NCBI GenBank assembly: GCA_963817955.1
Contig: CAWFQK010000002.1
Span: forward strand, 896,001-960,000
Source: an uncultured Gemmatimonadaceae bacterium
GTDB taxonomy: Bacteria; Gemmatimonadota; Gemmatimonadetes; Gemmatimonadales; Gemmatimonadaceae
DNA length: 64,000 bases
Reading direction: 5' to 3'
Shown: piece after piece, positions 8,913 through 18,690 of the stretch
Numbering within the stretch: position 1 is the first letter of the stretch
How the letters are laid out: the number at the start of each line of letters is the position of its first letter
Position numbers and translations under genes: made by a program
Notes under the pieces: generated by a model
The model's input: only the letters and a program-made list of their open reading frames with translations
What the model was told of the DNA's origin: nothing
Databases searched by the model: none

Positions 8913-9896
8913 CTAACGCAGCCTCGCCTTCATCTCATTGTCGAAAAATGGCCGAATGAGGTCTGCCCACGGCGACGCTCCATTCTCGGCTTTGAGATTA
9001 ATCGTCCGGCCAACGTTACTATGATTGGGCGGCCACATACATCCCGCCCACACCGGCGGCGTTACGAGAGTGAGCGTCACGACGGCGTGTGGCGGGATTG
9101 CCGGGGCTGGGACCCGGAGCGCCCTCCGGCTGCACCCATAATCCTCCGGGAGCGTCAGCAAGATCGTCGAGCTTCCACCGATAGCAAGCGACGCAGGGTT
9201 ACGAACCCTCCACATGAACGTGCCGACGGCGCGCGGGTCGAATCGCACTGCGGCACTGCTCGGCTTGCTGCTGTCCATCAGTTCGAACTTCGCCACGTCC
9301 ACACGCGTAGGCGACGTCGCGGTCACCGCGTTATTCGCGCGTTGTTTCTCCCCCAGCATGTTCTCCGGATCCACGACGGCGCCAATTTGTAGATCGCGAT
9401 CGCCCACGTCGTGGAGCAGCACTGGTTGCGTAATGGTCGCCGTCTGTCCCGGAGCGAGCGACGGGAGGTTCACCACCACCATTGGGCCATTGCCCGCGCA
9501 TTCCTTCCCATAGCCATTCATCTCGCGGCAGATCGCGATTTCCGCCGCTGGCGATGCGACTTTGCCTGCATTCTCCACAACGACCACCACCGGCACAGCG
9601 ACGTCGTTGGCGATCATAGCGGGCGCGGTGATGCTCCTGGCTCGCAAATCGAAGCCGGGGCCACACGCGCGCTTCGTCGAGCACGGGGCATCGGTGAACG
9701 TGATGCCTGCCTTGACGACAGGGATCACGGTGCCTGGTGTTTCGATATTCACGGTCAGTGTGATACCGTCGCCGGTCAATACGCCGCTCTTGAGGCCGGC
9801 GGCGACAGGATCGTTCGCGTCCTGAGCCCGTGACATGCTTGGCGTGATCGTGCTGAAAGCGAAGAGGGCTAGGGATGATACCAGTCGAATTTTCAT
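8913..9896 (-). CDS. Secreted CARDB-domain protein
   Basis: Start MKIRLVSSLALFAF (signal peptide); CARDB pattern DLRARSITAP...VVVENAG...LPSLAPGQT...AVVDPENMLGEKQRANN. Confidence 0.75.
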   Translation of the reverse strand: MKIRLVSSLALFAFSTITPSMSRAQDANDPVAAGLKSGVLTGDGITLTVNIETPGTVIPVVKAGITFTDAPCSTKRACGPGFDLRARSITAPAMIANDVAVPVVVVVENAGKVASPAAEIAICREMNGYGKECAGNGPMVVVNLPSLAPGQTATITQPVLLHDVGDRDLQIGAVVDPENMLGEKQRANNAVTATSPTRVDVAKFELMDSSKPSSAAVRFDPRAVGTFMWRVRNPASLAIGGSSTILLTLPEDYGCSRRALRVPAPAIPPHAVVTLTLVTPPVWAGCMWPPNHSNVGRTINLKAENGASPWADLIRPFFDNEMKARLR

Positions 9897-10219
9897 CGGA
9901 GCTCTGTCTTGGTGGTTATTGGAGGTAATGCATTGGTGCCAAACCGGTGAGTCTTGTCTGCGTAACTCGCCCGTTGCTTCTTGACCGCGACGGCGACACA
10001 AGCAACTACGGCGGGCGCATTCTTAGAACCCCATGCTGGTCCTGAAAAGCAGTGAGACGTGCCCTGGGAACTACACGTCCCGGTTGTAGAGACTTGCACA
10101 GCGGTCCGCACGGTCGGCACCTATGCTGTATTGCCGCCAAAGCGGTACATACTTTATCATGCGACATCACGAACGCCAAAATGGCAATTCCAACAGTATC
10201 GGCTCTCCCCATTCAAACA

Positions 10220-13200
10220 ATGAATCGTTTTGCAGATCTCGTACTGCTGGTTGCCGTGGCATCCATACCCTCCTTCGGACTGGCGACACGATCTGAGGCT
10301 CAGCATCCGCCAGGTATGCCTGCCGCTGACCGCCGCCGCGCGCTTGCAGACGCGCACACGGCGGTTGATGCCGGCGAACACGGCGCATCCGCGTCTCTCA
10401 ACTCAATGCGCCTGGCCGCACTCGAGCGATTGGGCAATGCCTATCTTCGCACCTGTCATCCGGACTCCGCGCGCACCATCGCCGCGTCGTTGCTGCGCGA
10501 AGTGCCGGCATCCGACGTGTCGAATGCGCGCTTCCGCCTGTTGGCGGGGCGAGCCCTTGGCGCCTGCTCAACCGGCAATCTCTATCCACAGTTCGAGCGC
10601 ACACAGATGGAACGGGACAGCGCCCTTACTCTGTTCACCCATGCTGCAGAGGAAGCGAAACGCGGCGGTGATGCGGAGACCGCCTTTGCTGCGCTCATTG
10701 AGGCCGTTCCCTTGATCGCACTACGCCGTGCAACGGACACGCTCGCACCGGTCGCACTGGCACAAGTCGCTCTATCTCACGCACGCGTCCTCACGTTGAA
10801 CCCCTCGATGGGTGCGGCGCCCGGAGCGATCGCGCGACGCGAGGCGTTTCTCTCGGTAGCGGCGGCGCGGATCGAGATGGTGAGGAGCTCGACCATGAGC
10901 GACGCCAGCGCTGCGGCATACCAGGATGCACTTGCGCGCACCAATGCGGCAGGTGACACGACGCTCCTCGAGGATCTCCTCGCCGAACGGGCAACGCACT
11001 ACCGTAATGCTCTGATGGATGAGGAAGGCCCGGCGCGGTTCGATTCCGCGCGCGTCCTGTTGACGCGCGACCGCGACGTGGCACTCGCGGCGCACGACAC
11101 ATTGGAGCTCATTCGCGCACACAACCGCCTCATCGAACTCACCGGCCTTGGTGACCAATCGGGTCTCCGTGGCGGCGACCACGAGATGAGCGTTGAACTA
11201 CGAGAGGTACGCGCGCTTGCCAGGGCAACTGGGGAACGACGCTTCACCTCTCCCTATTTGTTGTCGATTGTCGCGTTGAGGGAGCTCGAAGCGGGGCGAG
11301 TCGACACTGCGGAGGTGGTAGCCGCAGAGGCGCGCGCGTTGGTGTCCGCGAGCGGTGACAGCACGGCGCTCGTGACCGTCACTACCGTCCAGCAGCTGAT
11401 CCGTCAGAAGGTCGGTCGGGCTTCCAGCGTGGGTAACGCAGACGGCGACAGAGTCATTCAAGTCGAAGGGAAAGTCGATAGCCCGGCCTGCCTTGCCGTA
11501 GAATGCAAAGCCAAAGCGGCGACGGCAGAGCAGCCTCCCGCCACCACCGATGACGCGCCTGTCAGAGCGGCGATCGCACACGCACGCGCCCTGCCTCCTG
11601 ATGGCTCCGCTGCGAGCGACACTGATCGCCTGCGAGCGAGACTCGATGCCGCTCGCCTACAGAACGAGTGGACTCGCCGATTCCCGACCAACGAAATTCC
11701 AGCCGACGCGAGCTTGGCCAAGCGTAGCTATGCCGACACGCTGCTCGCCGCTTGCGCCTCACTGCTGCGCTGGGGAAAGGAGCCAAGTGCGGCGTCATTC
11801 GCCGCCGCGGTGGAGGCGCGCCACGCCGCCGCACGCGGTGATTCGTTGGGTGCGATCGCGATGTATCGTCGGGCCGGGGTGCTTGCTGACGACGCCGATC
11901 CCGTGACATCTGCATTACAACATGGCATCATCGCTGGCCAACTCATGCATCTCCGCTCTCCCGCCGCATTTGCCGAGGCCTCGGCGCAACTCGCGGCAGC
12001 AGCCGATGCGGTGGCACGAGCGCGGCGTCATGCTGGCGGTGATGCAAATCGCGTTGCCCTTGCCGACGCAGCATGGTCGGCCAACATCTTCAGGTTGTGG
12101 GCAGCAGTCGAATTCGCCCGCGAACGTCCGCTTGCCATGCTTGCCATCGCAGAGCGGGGACGCGCGCAGGCACTCGCGGACCTCCGCGACTCAGGGCGAC
12201 AGACGCGCGAGGAGATACCGCTCGACTCCGCGCAATCCGCCGCCGTCGTCGAAGGGCTCGATCGTGAGGCGAGCGCACTCGTGAGGCGCGCCTTGCGACA
12301 CGCGCGTGCCGTGCTCGTACATCGCTTCATGGCGGGCGGGCTTGTTACCTGGCTTTTCACCGATGCCGGCTTCAAGATCGATTTGGCCTCGGGCGTGTCA
12401 CCGCAATCGCTCGCCGATCTGTCGCCCTCCGGCATCCCATTTGGAGCGGACACATTGCTAACCCGCCAGCTCGCGAGGTATCTGCTTCCGCCAGGTATGA
12501 GAGACCTGCTGCCAGGCGCTGGTGAACTGCTTGTCGTGACCGATGGCACACTCAATCTCGTGCCGTTCGCCGCGCTACCACTCGATGGCAGGCACCTGCT
12601 GGGCGACGAGCATGCTGTGCGCGTTGCTCCGTCACTTGCGCTCGTAGGCGAGCCTGCAGCGCGCCCAACCAGCCCCAGTGAAGTACTCGTCGTCGGCAAC
12701 CCAACAATGCCTCGCGTGGCAACAACTGACGGCAAGAATCGCCAACTTCCGTCACTACCGGGCAGTGAAGCGGAGGCACGTGCGGTCGCGGGGCTATTCG
12801 GCGCGACGCCGCTCCTTGGGGCGGCCGCCACGGAGACTGCGGTACGTCTTCGCTTGCCGCACGCGGCGCTGATTCACATCGCATCGCATGGGCGCGCCTT
12901 CGCCAATCCAGAGACGGCGCGAAACTCGTTCGTTGCGCTCGCGCCCGATTCGACGAATGACGGCTTTCTCACCGTCGGAGAACTTCTCGATCCGGGTGGT
13001 CCGACGCTCATCGCAGGTCTTGTCGTACTGAGCGCATGCGAGACGGCTCTGGGTGACCCGACGCGTTCCGAAGGCGTCGTTGGACTTCAACGTGCCTTCC
13101 TGGCCAGCGGAGCACGCACGTTGCTCGTGACGCTCTGGCCGGTGAGCGACCGCGCCGCAGCGCTGATCGTGCGTCGCTTCTATGCTCATTGGCAGGGCGA

Positions 13201-13321
13201 TTCCGATAAACCGAGCGCCGCCGAGGCATTGCATCGTGCGCAACGGGAACTGCGAGTAGGGGTGCCGGGGATGGAGTCGCCTGCGCAGTGGGCGGGATTT
13301 CAGGTGGTTGGTGCTGGCTAA
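10220..13321 (+). CDS. Exported TPR-like/CHAT-domain (caspase-HetF-associated) cysteine protease
   Basis: Signal-like MNRFADLVLLVAVASIPSFGLATRSEAQ; helical N-terminal region; CHAT motifs ERGRAQAL, VTDGTLNLVPFAAL, LPSLPGSEAEA, HIASHG (His), VVLSACET (Cys), LWPVSD, WAGF. Confidence 0.9.
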   Translation: MNRFADLVLLVAVASIPSFGLATRSEAQHPPGMPAADRRRALADAHTAVDAGEHGASASLNSMRLAALERLGNAYLRTCHPDSARTIAASLLREVPASDVSNARFRLLAGRALGACSTGNLYPQFERTQMERDSALTLFTHAAEEAKRGGDAETAFAALIEAVPLIALRRATDTLAPVALAQVALSHARVLTLNPSMGAAPGAIARREAFLSVAAARIEMVRSSTMSDASAAAYQDALARTNAAGDTTLLEDLLAERATHYRNALMDEEGPARFDSARVLLTRDRDVALAAHDTLELIRAHNRLIELTGLGDQSGLRGGDHEMSVELREVRALARATGERRFTSPYLLSIVALRELEAGRVDTAEVVAAEARALVSASGDSTALVTVTTVQQLIRQKVGRASSVGNADGDRVIQVEGKVDSPACLAVECKAKAATAEQPPATTDDAPVRAAIAHARALPPDGSAASDTDRLRARLDAARLQNEWTRRFPTNEIPADASLAKRSYADTLLAACASLLRWGKEPSAASFAAAVEARHAAARGDSLGAIAMYRRAGVLADDADPVTSALQHGIIAGQLMHLRSPAAFAEASAQLAAAADAVARARRHAGGDANRVALADAAWSANIFRLWAAVEFARERPLAMLAIAERGRAQALADLRDSGRQTREEIPLDSAQSAAVVEGLDREASALVRRALRHARAVLVHRFMAGGLVTWLFTDAGFKIDLASGVSPQSLADLSPSGIPFGADTLLTRQLARYLLPPGMRDLLPGAGELLVVTDGTLNLVPFAALPLDGRHLLGDEHAVRVAPSLALVGEPAARPTSPSEVLVVGNPTMPRVATTDGKNRQLPSLPGSEAEARAVAGLFGATPLLGAAATETAVRLRLPHAALIHIASHGRAFANPETARNSFVALAPDSTNDGFLTVGELLDPGGPTLIAGLVVLSACETALGDPTRSEGVVGLQRAFLASGARTLLVTLWPVSDRAAALIVRRFYAHWQGDSDKPSAAEALHRAQRELRVGVPGMESPAQWAGFQVVGAG

Positions 13322-13509
13322 CCAATCGGGCGAATGAGAATCAGGATGGCGAGAGTGCGGACCGCAGCAGGCCAGACGCCTTTACAGCGATCCGGGAGCC
13401 CCGTACGCTTCGCCTGCTCCCCGCTGGCTGTCGAAATCCGTCGGCCCGACACGTGGATGATACAGAGCACGGCACGGTCGCCGTGGCCTAATCGAGGACA
13501 CCAAGACCT

Positions 13510-14118
13510 TTGTCGCCAACGGCCGATGCTGCTTTTTCACGGATCTATGAATCGCAGTACGCGCTACTCGTTCGCCAGATGCGCCGGCAGTATCGAGCGC
13601 AGAGCGATGCTGTCGAGGACGTGGTCCAGGATGCGTTTCGCAAGCTCTGGGAGCGCCTGGCCAATGCGACGGCGGAGGAGTGGAGGCAAGAGTGGGGTGG
13701 GTGGATCTTTCGCGTCGCGAACAATGCGATGCTTGATCGTACCCGTACCGCACGTCGCCACGCCTCGGAGCCGATCGACGACATGGAACGCACCGCCGGC
13801 GCGGTGGACCGTGCCGCGTTACAGGAGGGTCTTCGCGGCGCGATGGATGGTTGGCAGGGGAACGGGTTTCTCGGGAGCGACGAGGATGGCGCGATGGGTG
13901 AAGGCACGGAGGAGCGACTGGATGCAATGCGCGCGGTGCTGCGGGAGCTTCCCGACCGCGACCGCGTCTTACTGACGCTCAAGTACATGGATGGCCTATC
14001 GTACGAGCAGATCGCCGAGCGCACCGGGTATGCGCGCGGCGCACTCGGAACGCTGTTGCTTCGCGCTCGGCGCGCTGCGGAGGCAGGTATTCGACGCGTC
14101 CAGAGGGCCCCATGCTGA
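13510..14118 (+). CDS. ECF sigma-70 factor
   Basis: Region 2 AVEDVVQDAFRKLW...WIFRVANN; region 4 LPDRDRVLLTLKYMDGLSYEQIAERTG. Confidence 0.9.
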   Translation: MSPTADAAFSRIYESQYALLVRQMRRQYRAQSDAVEDVVQDAFRKLWERLANATAEEWRQEWGGWIFRVANNAMLDRTRTARRHASEPIDDMERTAGAVDRAALQEGLRGAMDGWQGNGFLGSDEDGAMGEGTEERLDAMRAVLRELPDRDRVLLTLKYMDGLSYEQIAERTGYARGALGTLLLRARRAAEAGIRRVQRAPC

Positions 14119-14948
14119 CCGAACGGGACGAGGAGCTGCTGCAGGCCTATCTCGATGGCGAAGCCACCGCCGAGCAGGAACGGGTCGTGGAGCTTCGACT
14201 CGCGAACTCCCGGGAATGGGGCGAGGCAGAAGCACGACTTCGCGAGACGATGGCCGCGTGCGCAGAGCTGTTCGCGCCCCTCGCCGAAGATGATACCGTG
14301 CTGCTCCGGTCGATACCGAAGGCCACCCTCGCCGCGACGCCGTTGGGGCAGAAACGCGCGCACCGCATGGTGCCAATCTGGGCTGGAGGTCTTGCCGCCG
14401 CCGCTGCGATCGTCGGGATCGCGTTCATGCTGCGAGACGGCGTGGTCCTGCACCGCGCCACGGCGCCAGCGCACGTCGCCTCTGCTGAGCGGGAGAAAGT
14501 TCCCGGCGCTGTCCCGGCCGCGCCGGCGTTGCGGGACGCCATATCGGGTGCAATCGCTTCGCCTCGCGCCCCGATCGACCGGCGGGCTGCGCATACCCAG
14601 AGTGAGTCCGGCGTCGAGCTCGCGGGTTACGTGCCCTCTCGAGTCGTGACAGACTCCACGCTCGGCGTGCCGGTGACTCACGTCGATTACGCGCTGGCTG
14701 GTGGCAGCACGCTGACCCTCGAGCTCAGCGATGCCATCGGCGGGGATACACGGAGCATCCCGGGCGCGCCGCTGTCGGTCGCGGACACGACGCACGGAGC
14801 GACGTTCGTGCGGGGAGACGCCACGAATTCACTTACCTGGCGATTACCGGATGGTCGTGTCGCGCGGCTGTCGGCATCGCTTCCCGAAACGAAGCTTCGG
14901 CAACTGCAGCGACGCGTACGGGCCGTAACGTTGCCTGCTCATCGGTGA
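14112..14948 (+). CDS. Membrane-spanning anti-sigma factor
   Basis: Overlaps sigma gene; N-term ELLQAYLDGE...VELRL (ASD/zf-HC2-like without Zn ligands), one TM (IWAGGLAAAAAIVGIAFML), extracytoplasmic C-term. Confidence 0.85.
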   Translation: MLTERDEELLQAYLDGEATAEQERVVELRLANSREWGEAEARLRETMAACAELFAPLAEDDTVLLRSIPKATLAATPLGQKRAHRMVPIWAGGLAAAAAIVGIAFMLRDGVVLHRATAPAHVASAEREKVPGAVPAAPALRDAISGAIASPRAPIDRRAAHTQSESGVELAGYVPSRVVTDSTLGVPVTHVDYALAGGSTLTLELSDAIGGDTRSIPGAPLSVADTTHGATFVRGDATNSLTWRLPDGRVARLSASLPETKLRQLQRRVRAVTLPAHR

Positions 14949-15191
14949 ATTTCGAGTAGGCCCCGTGCGTCTGGCGGGGCGCTGTCACATCCTGTGGCTC
15001 CAGGACGGGTGGCTCATGTGCACGCCCGTTCCGGTCGACACCTCCACGGTCAATATGATCGAGAGGCGGTTCCAGGCGGCGCGCACCCGTTGTCCATTTC
15101 AGCATTCCGTCGCCGAGTGTGCAAATACTCGCGGGCGCGTCGTGAAGAGAATACGCTCGTTATATGATCCTTCACGTGCGTCGCGTTTGCG

Positions 15192-15437
15192 GTGGCTGAC
15201 ATGACTTCGCGTATAATGACATCACTCGACATGACCCCGTGCCCGTACTGCTCTGCCGACGTTGCGTGCAGGCCTCACGTGATCAGGCTGGGCGTTGATC
15301 CCCGGATTCAGGTGTTCGCAAACGCGAGTTACTGTCGGTGCGGCTTCGCCGTGCTCACGCCGTACGCACTGACCGCGATCGACGACATCGCGCGTGCGCT
15401 GATGGCTCGCGACGGAGTCAGCGGGCGCACGTCTTGA
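15192..15437 (+). CDS. Small zinc-ribbon protein (YgiT/MqsA N-terminal-like)
   Basis: CPYC...YCRCG followed by helix ALTAIDDIARAL; start uncertain. Confidence 0.4.
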   Translation: MADMTSRIMTSLDMTPCPYCSADVACRPHVIRLGVDPRIQVFANASYCRCGFAVLTPYALTAIDDIARALMARDGVSGRTS

Positions 15438-15488
15438 AGGTGCTGGTGGGCAGGCGCGTCGGAGAGCCGGCGCCAAACTATCGCGTTC

Positions 15489-15872
15489 TCAACTCGCCGA
15501 CAGCAGTCGCACCTTCTCAGCTTCGAACTGCACATCGGTGAGCATGCCAGCCTGTTTCAACTCGTGCAGTTCCTTCAGCTTGCCGATACGATCCGTCCCG
15601 CCCGCCCCAGTCGCGTTCGCCGTATTGGCGACGTTGACGATGATGTTCTGCGGCTGCGCGGTCGCGAATCCGACATTGTACTTCGCATTGAACGCGGCGT
15701 CGCTCATGATCAGCAGCAGAATGCACTCGACCAATGCGACGATGGCGGGAATGAACGTCCAGCAGAACAAGAGATACAGAATACCCTGGCCGCCCCGGTC
15801 GAGATAGAACTTATGCGCGCCAAAGCCGCCCAAGAAGAACGCCAGTACGGCGGCGGTGCCTTTGCTCTTCAT
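15489..15872 (-). CDS. TM2-domain membrane protein with C-terminal SHOCT domain
   Basis: MKSKGTAAVLAFFLGGFGAHKFYL (TM2); LKELHELKQAGMLTDVQFEAEKVRLL (SHOCT). Confidence 0.9.
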   Translation of the reverse strand: MKSKGTAAVLAFFLGGFGAHKFYLDRGGQGILYLLFCWTFIPAIVALVECILLLIMSDAAFNAKYNVGFATAQPQNIIVNVANTANATGAGGTDRIGKLKELHELKQAGMLTDVQFEAEKVRLLSAS

Positions 15873-15906
15873 CGTCAGTACTCCACGGGTTTGATGTGAA
15901 CTGCTG

Positions 15907-16494
15907 TCACGCGTCGTCTCGGATCCTGGACGTGAGATCGCGCGGTGCTTTGAGGAATGCGTAGTAGTAGTCGCCGGTTTCCACGTCGACGTCTTCGACG
16001 AGCTCGCCGCGCCGTCGGAGCCATCCGAGCGCGCGCACGACGTCCCCCTCGCTCCAACCGAGTTGTGCGCGAATCCAGTCAACTGTTTGGAACGAATGCG
16101 ACCGCGCAATCAACGCACTGACGGCAGCGACCGCCTCACGCGTTGAAGGATCCGGTGCGGGTGTGCCGCGGATTGGCAACCCGTAGTGTCGCATTACGCC
16201 CAACACCACTGTTCCAATACCAACGGGAATCAGAATCGCGCCGTCGCGTAGAAACTCCAATGCGGATTCGGGGAAACCACCGTGGACGAGAACGGCGCCC
16301 ACGCCGAATAGCGCGATCGCGGTCCCGAGTACGAGGTAGGTCGGAGTGGAGAGGGGAATCCATTGAAGAAATGCGAGTCCCACCTCGGGCGGCGGCGATA
16401 CACGAACGCCGCTCATCGCGGACAGCGGATCATTCCCGCCGATTCTGATCTGCGAGCCTTTCACACTCACATCGCCAACTCGAATCTCATCCAT
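15907..16494 (-). CDS. Hypothetical 2-TM membrane protein with C-terminal winged-helix-like region
   Basis: Two hydrophobic segments; TVDWIRAQLGWSEGDVVRALGWLRRRGELVEDVD. Confidence 0.6.
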   Translation of the reverse strand: MDEIRVGDVSVKGSQIRIGGNDPLSAMSGVRVSPPPEVGLAFLQWIPLSTPTYLVLGTAIALFGVGAVLVHGGFPESALEFLRDGAILIPVGIGTVVLGVMRHYGLPIRGTPAPDPSTREAVAAVSALIARSHSFQTVDWIRAQLGWSEGDVVRALGWLRRRGELVEDVDVETGDYYYAFLKAPRDLTSRIRDDA

Positions 16495-16681
16495 CGGCTC
16501 TCCCGCCGTCGATCGCCAAGGTGCAAAGTGGCGAAAAGCTTATCCCTACCGCAGCGCCAGCAATGACGAAGTTGGCGGCGCTCTGTTGGCGGTGAACGAC
16601 CCGGCGCGGAAGTCGTTCCGTCGCGGGCGTTGCATTCGGTAGGCGACTGTGCTCCATGCTTCGTACAATTTCGCGCCCGAT

Positions 16682-16707
16682 GATCTCTTGTCAATTGGTG
16701 TATGAAT
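16682..16707 (+). mobile_element. Isolated IS256 right-IR relic
   Basis: gatctcttgtcaattggtgtatgaat matches 5243-5268 at 23/26. Confidence 0.7.
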
Positions 16708-16755
16708 CTTCCGGCTTTATAGTGGATGGGAAAGATTAAAGCGGCTCTCATAATT

Positions 16756-16780
16756 GGGGATCGAGGTCCAGCCCACCGCA
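16756..16780 (+). repeat. 25-bp direct repeat, copy 2
   Basis: ggggatcgaggtccagcccaccgca. Confidence 0.85.
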
Positions 16781-17253
16781 GTGGAAGTAGATCGCCAGGA
16801 TGGTCGCACATAGCGTCCGGCTATCCATCGCTGGTCCTCTAATGAGAATACCCTACGTTGTTGGAGGAGCATCAGGCGAGGTGAAGCGCGGACCTATAGG
16901 ACAGCAACTCCTCGCCTATCGGCTGACGGCGATAGTTCCCACGCGTCGCACCCAGTCTCTAACGCGCTCAGCTCGGCGCGGGTCGAGAGCGAATCGGCGC
17001 ACTCGGCCGCGGCGATCGGCCGCTCGCTGGCGAGATGCTCGAAGAAGCCCACCATCAGCATCTTGCACGAGACCTTCCGGATCGATCCAGCCGCCCTGCC
17101 GTGCCGTCATGTCTAATCAAGGGGGCGCAGGGCTGGCGAGCATGCCCTCGAGCTTCTGATAGCGCGAGGTGGCGGGAGGCGTCTGGATGTCGCTGGTCGC
17201 GATCCAGAGCGAGGGTGCAGTGTGCTACCGACCTCGCGATCAGATGCGATCCG

Positions 17254-18294
17254 TTACGGCATCGGGAATGTCATCGGGCATTTCACCGTGACGAACGACT
17301 TCAGCCACACGAGCGTTGGCCGGTAGGCGAGACCGAGCGCATCATACGACGCGGTGATACGGACGCTGATCATCTGCTCCGTCTGAGTAAGCGCCGGCGA
17401 GAACTGCAACAGTACCGCGCGCGGGCCGTTATCGTGCGGCACGACGCCGAGCGTGAGTTTAGCCTTCGTCGTGTCATCAACGGACCACGAGGTCGGATAC
17501 AAGGCCAATGTATCCCCTGTCACGGGATCGAGCGCGATCGGCTTGAGAGTCGGTTCGCCAGTCAAGAACGTCGAATCCATTGTAAGACATTCGAGGGGCG
17601 TCCGAGCCTTGAGCATTGCGTGGCTGCCAACCGTGAACTGCACTGTATCAGCGACCGGTCCGAGCGACAGGATCGTAAACACGGACCGCGAGGGCACGCC
17701 AACTTGGTAGTACCCGTTCACCACGGTCGTTGTTGACGCACCGCCAGTCGCCGGCGGCGAATAGCGGCCCGCTGGCGTGATGGTTCCAACCGTGTCACTC
17801 GACAAACGCCACGTGGCGCGCGGATGCGACAGCGGCAACACGACGGTCGGATCGCCGTAATACAGCGCTTGAGAGCGTGCTGCGTTTGACAGCAATGGGG
17901 CAACCGTGATTGACGTCTGCGCAGACACCGAAGCGTCTGCTCCCGTCCCGGGAACCGGCTGTACCGTGACGGTCGTGTGTCCGGGCGCGATGGCGACGAT
18001 CGTATTCGTTGGGGTCGTGGAGTTGGGATGGTCGATCCTCAGACTCCCCGCGTTGTCAGCCGTCCACAGGAGCTGCGGATTCGCGATGATCTGTTCCTTC
18101 GTGTCGTACGCGGTGACGGTGAGCTGCGTATCGACGCCAGCGATCAGCGACGCCGAGCTCCCGATCACGATGCGAGCAACGAGCGTTGGGCCGGGCTTCG
18201 TGCCGGTCGTATCCGGCGGATTGACCGGGTTCGTGGGGTGACTGCCGCCGCAGGCCGCAGCCGCGCAGAGAGCGGCGATGACTGAAACGCGCAT
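17254..18294 (-). CDS. Lipoprotein with Ig-like domains
   Basis: MRVSVIAALCAAAAC lipobox-like; Big_2-like QLTVTAYD...LLWT...AIAPGHTTVTV, WSVDDTTKA. Confidence 0.7.
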   Translation of the reverse strand: MRVSVIAALCAAAACGGSHPTNPVNPPDTTGTKPGPTLVARIVIGSSASLIAGVDTQLTVTAYDTKEQIIANPQLLWTADNAGSLRIDHPNSTTPTNTIVAIAPGHTTVTVQPVPGTGADASVSAQTSITVAPLLSNAARSQALYYGDPTVVLPLSHPRATWRLSSDTVGTITPAGRYSPPATGGASTTTVVNGYYQVGVPSRSVFTILSLGPVADTVQFTVGSHAMLKARTPLECLTMDSTFLTGEPTLKPIALDPVTGDTLALYPTSWSVDDTTKAKLTLGVVPHDNGPRAVLLQFSPALTQTEQMISVRITASYDALGLAYRPTLVWLKSFVTVKCPMTFPMP

Positions 18295-18690
18295 CGATCT
18301 GGTCCAGTAAGGATGAACGGTGAAAGGGAGGCTGCACCGAGCGGATGCACCTGCGGGACCGCGGAACGCAGGTACTGGGCTGAGGTGCCGTGACCCGAGC
18401 TGCGCCGCTCCAACATCGGAGTATCGGGCCGCTGCATCGGGCCTTCGGGCTCACCGTCGAAGGACGAAGAGTGCTGAAATCAGGAACCACCGGGAGGGCG
18501 GAGTGCCGCCGCCTCGCGTCACGGGCACTTCCCGGATGAGTTCCCCACAATAATACCCTGATGTGTTTGCGGGACTCGAGATGCTTCTCCGCGTGACCGA
18601 ATTGCCGGATCAGCCCCTGGATCTACCTCGAGCAATATTGCGAGGAGCAACGCTCAGAGGAGTTGAAGCGCGGAGCTATGGGACAGCTCC

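Noticed and set aside
10066..10095. GGAAC-type ECF promoter upstream of the CHAT gene
   Set aside because: No convincing -10 element and no matching copy upstream of the sigma gene.
18300..18690. Possible riboswitch in the long leader of the Ig lipoprotein gene
   Set aside because: Several GC hairpins but no aptamer consensus that I recognise.
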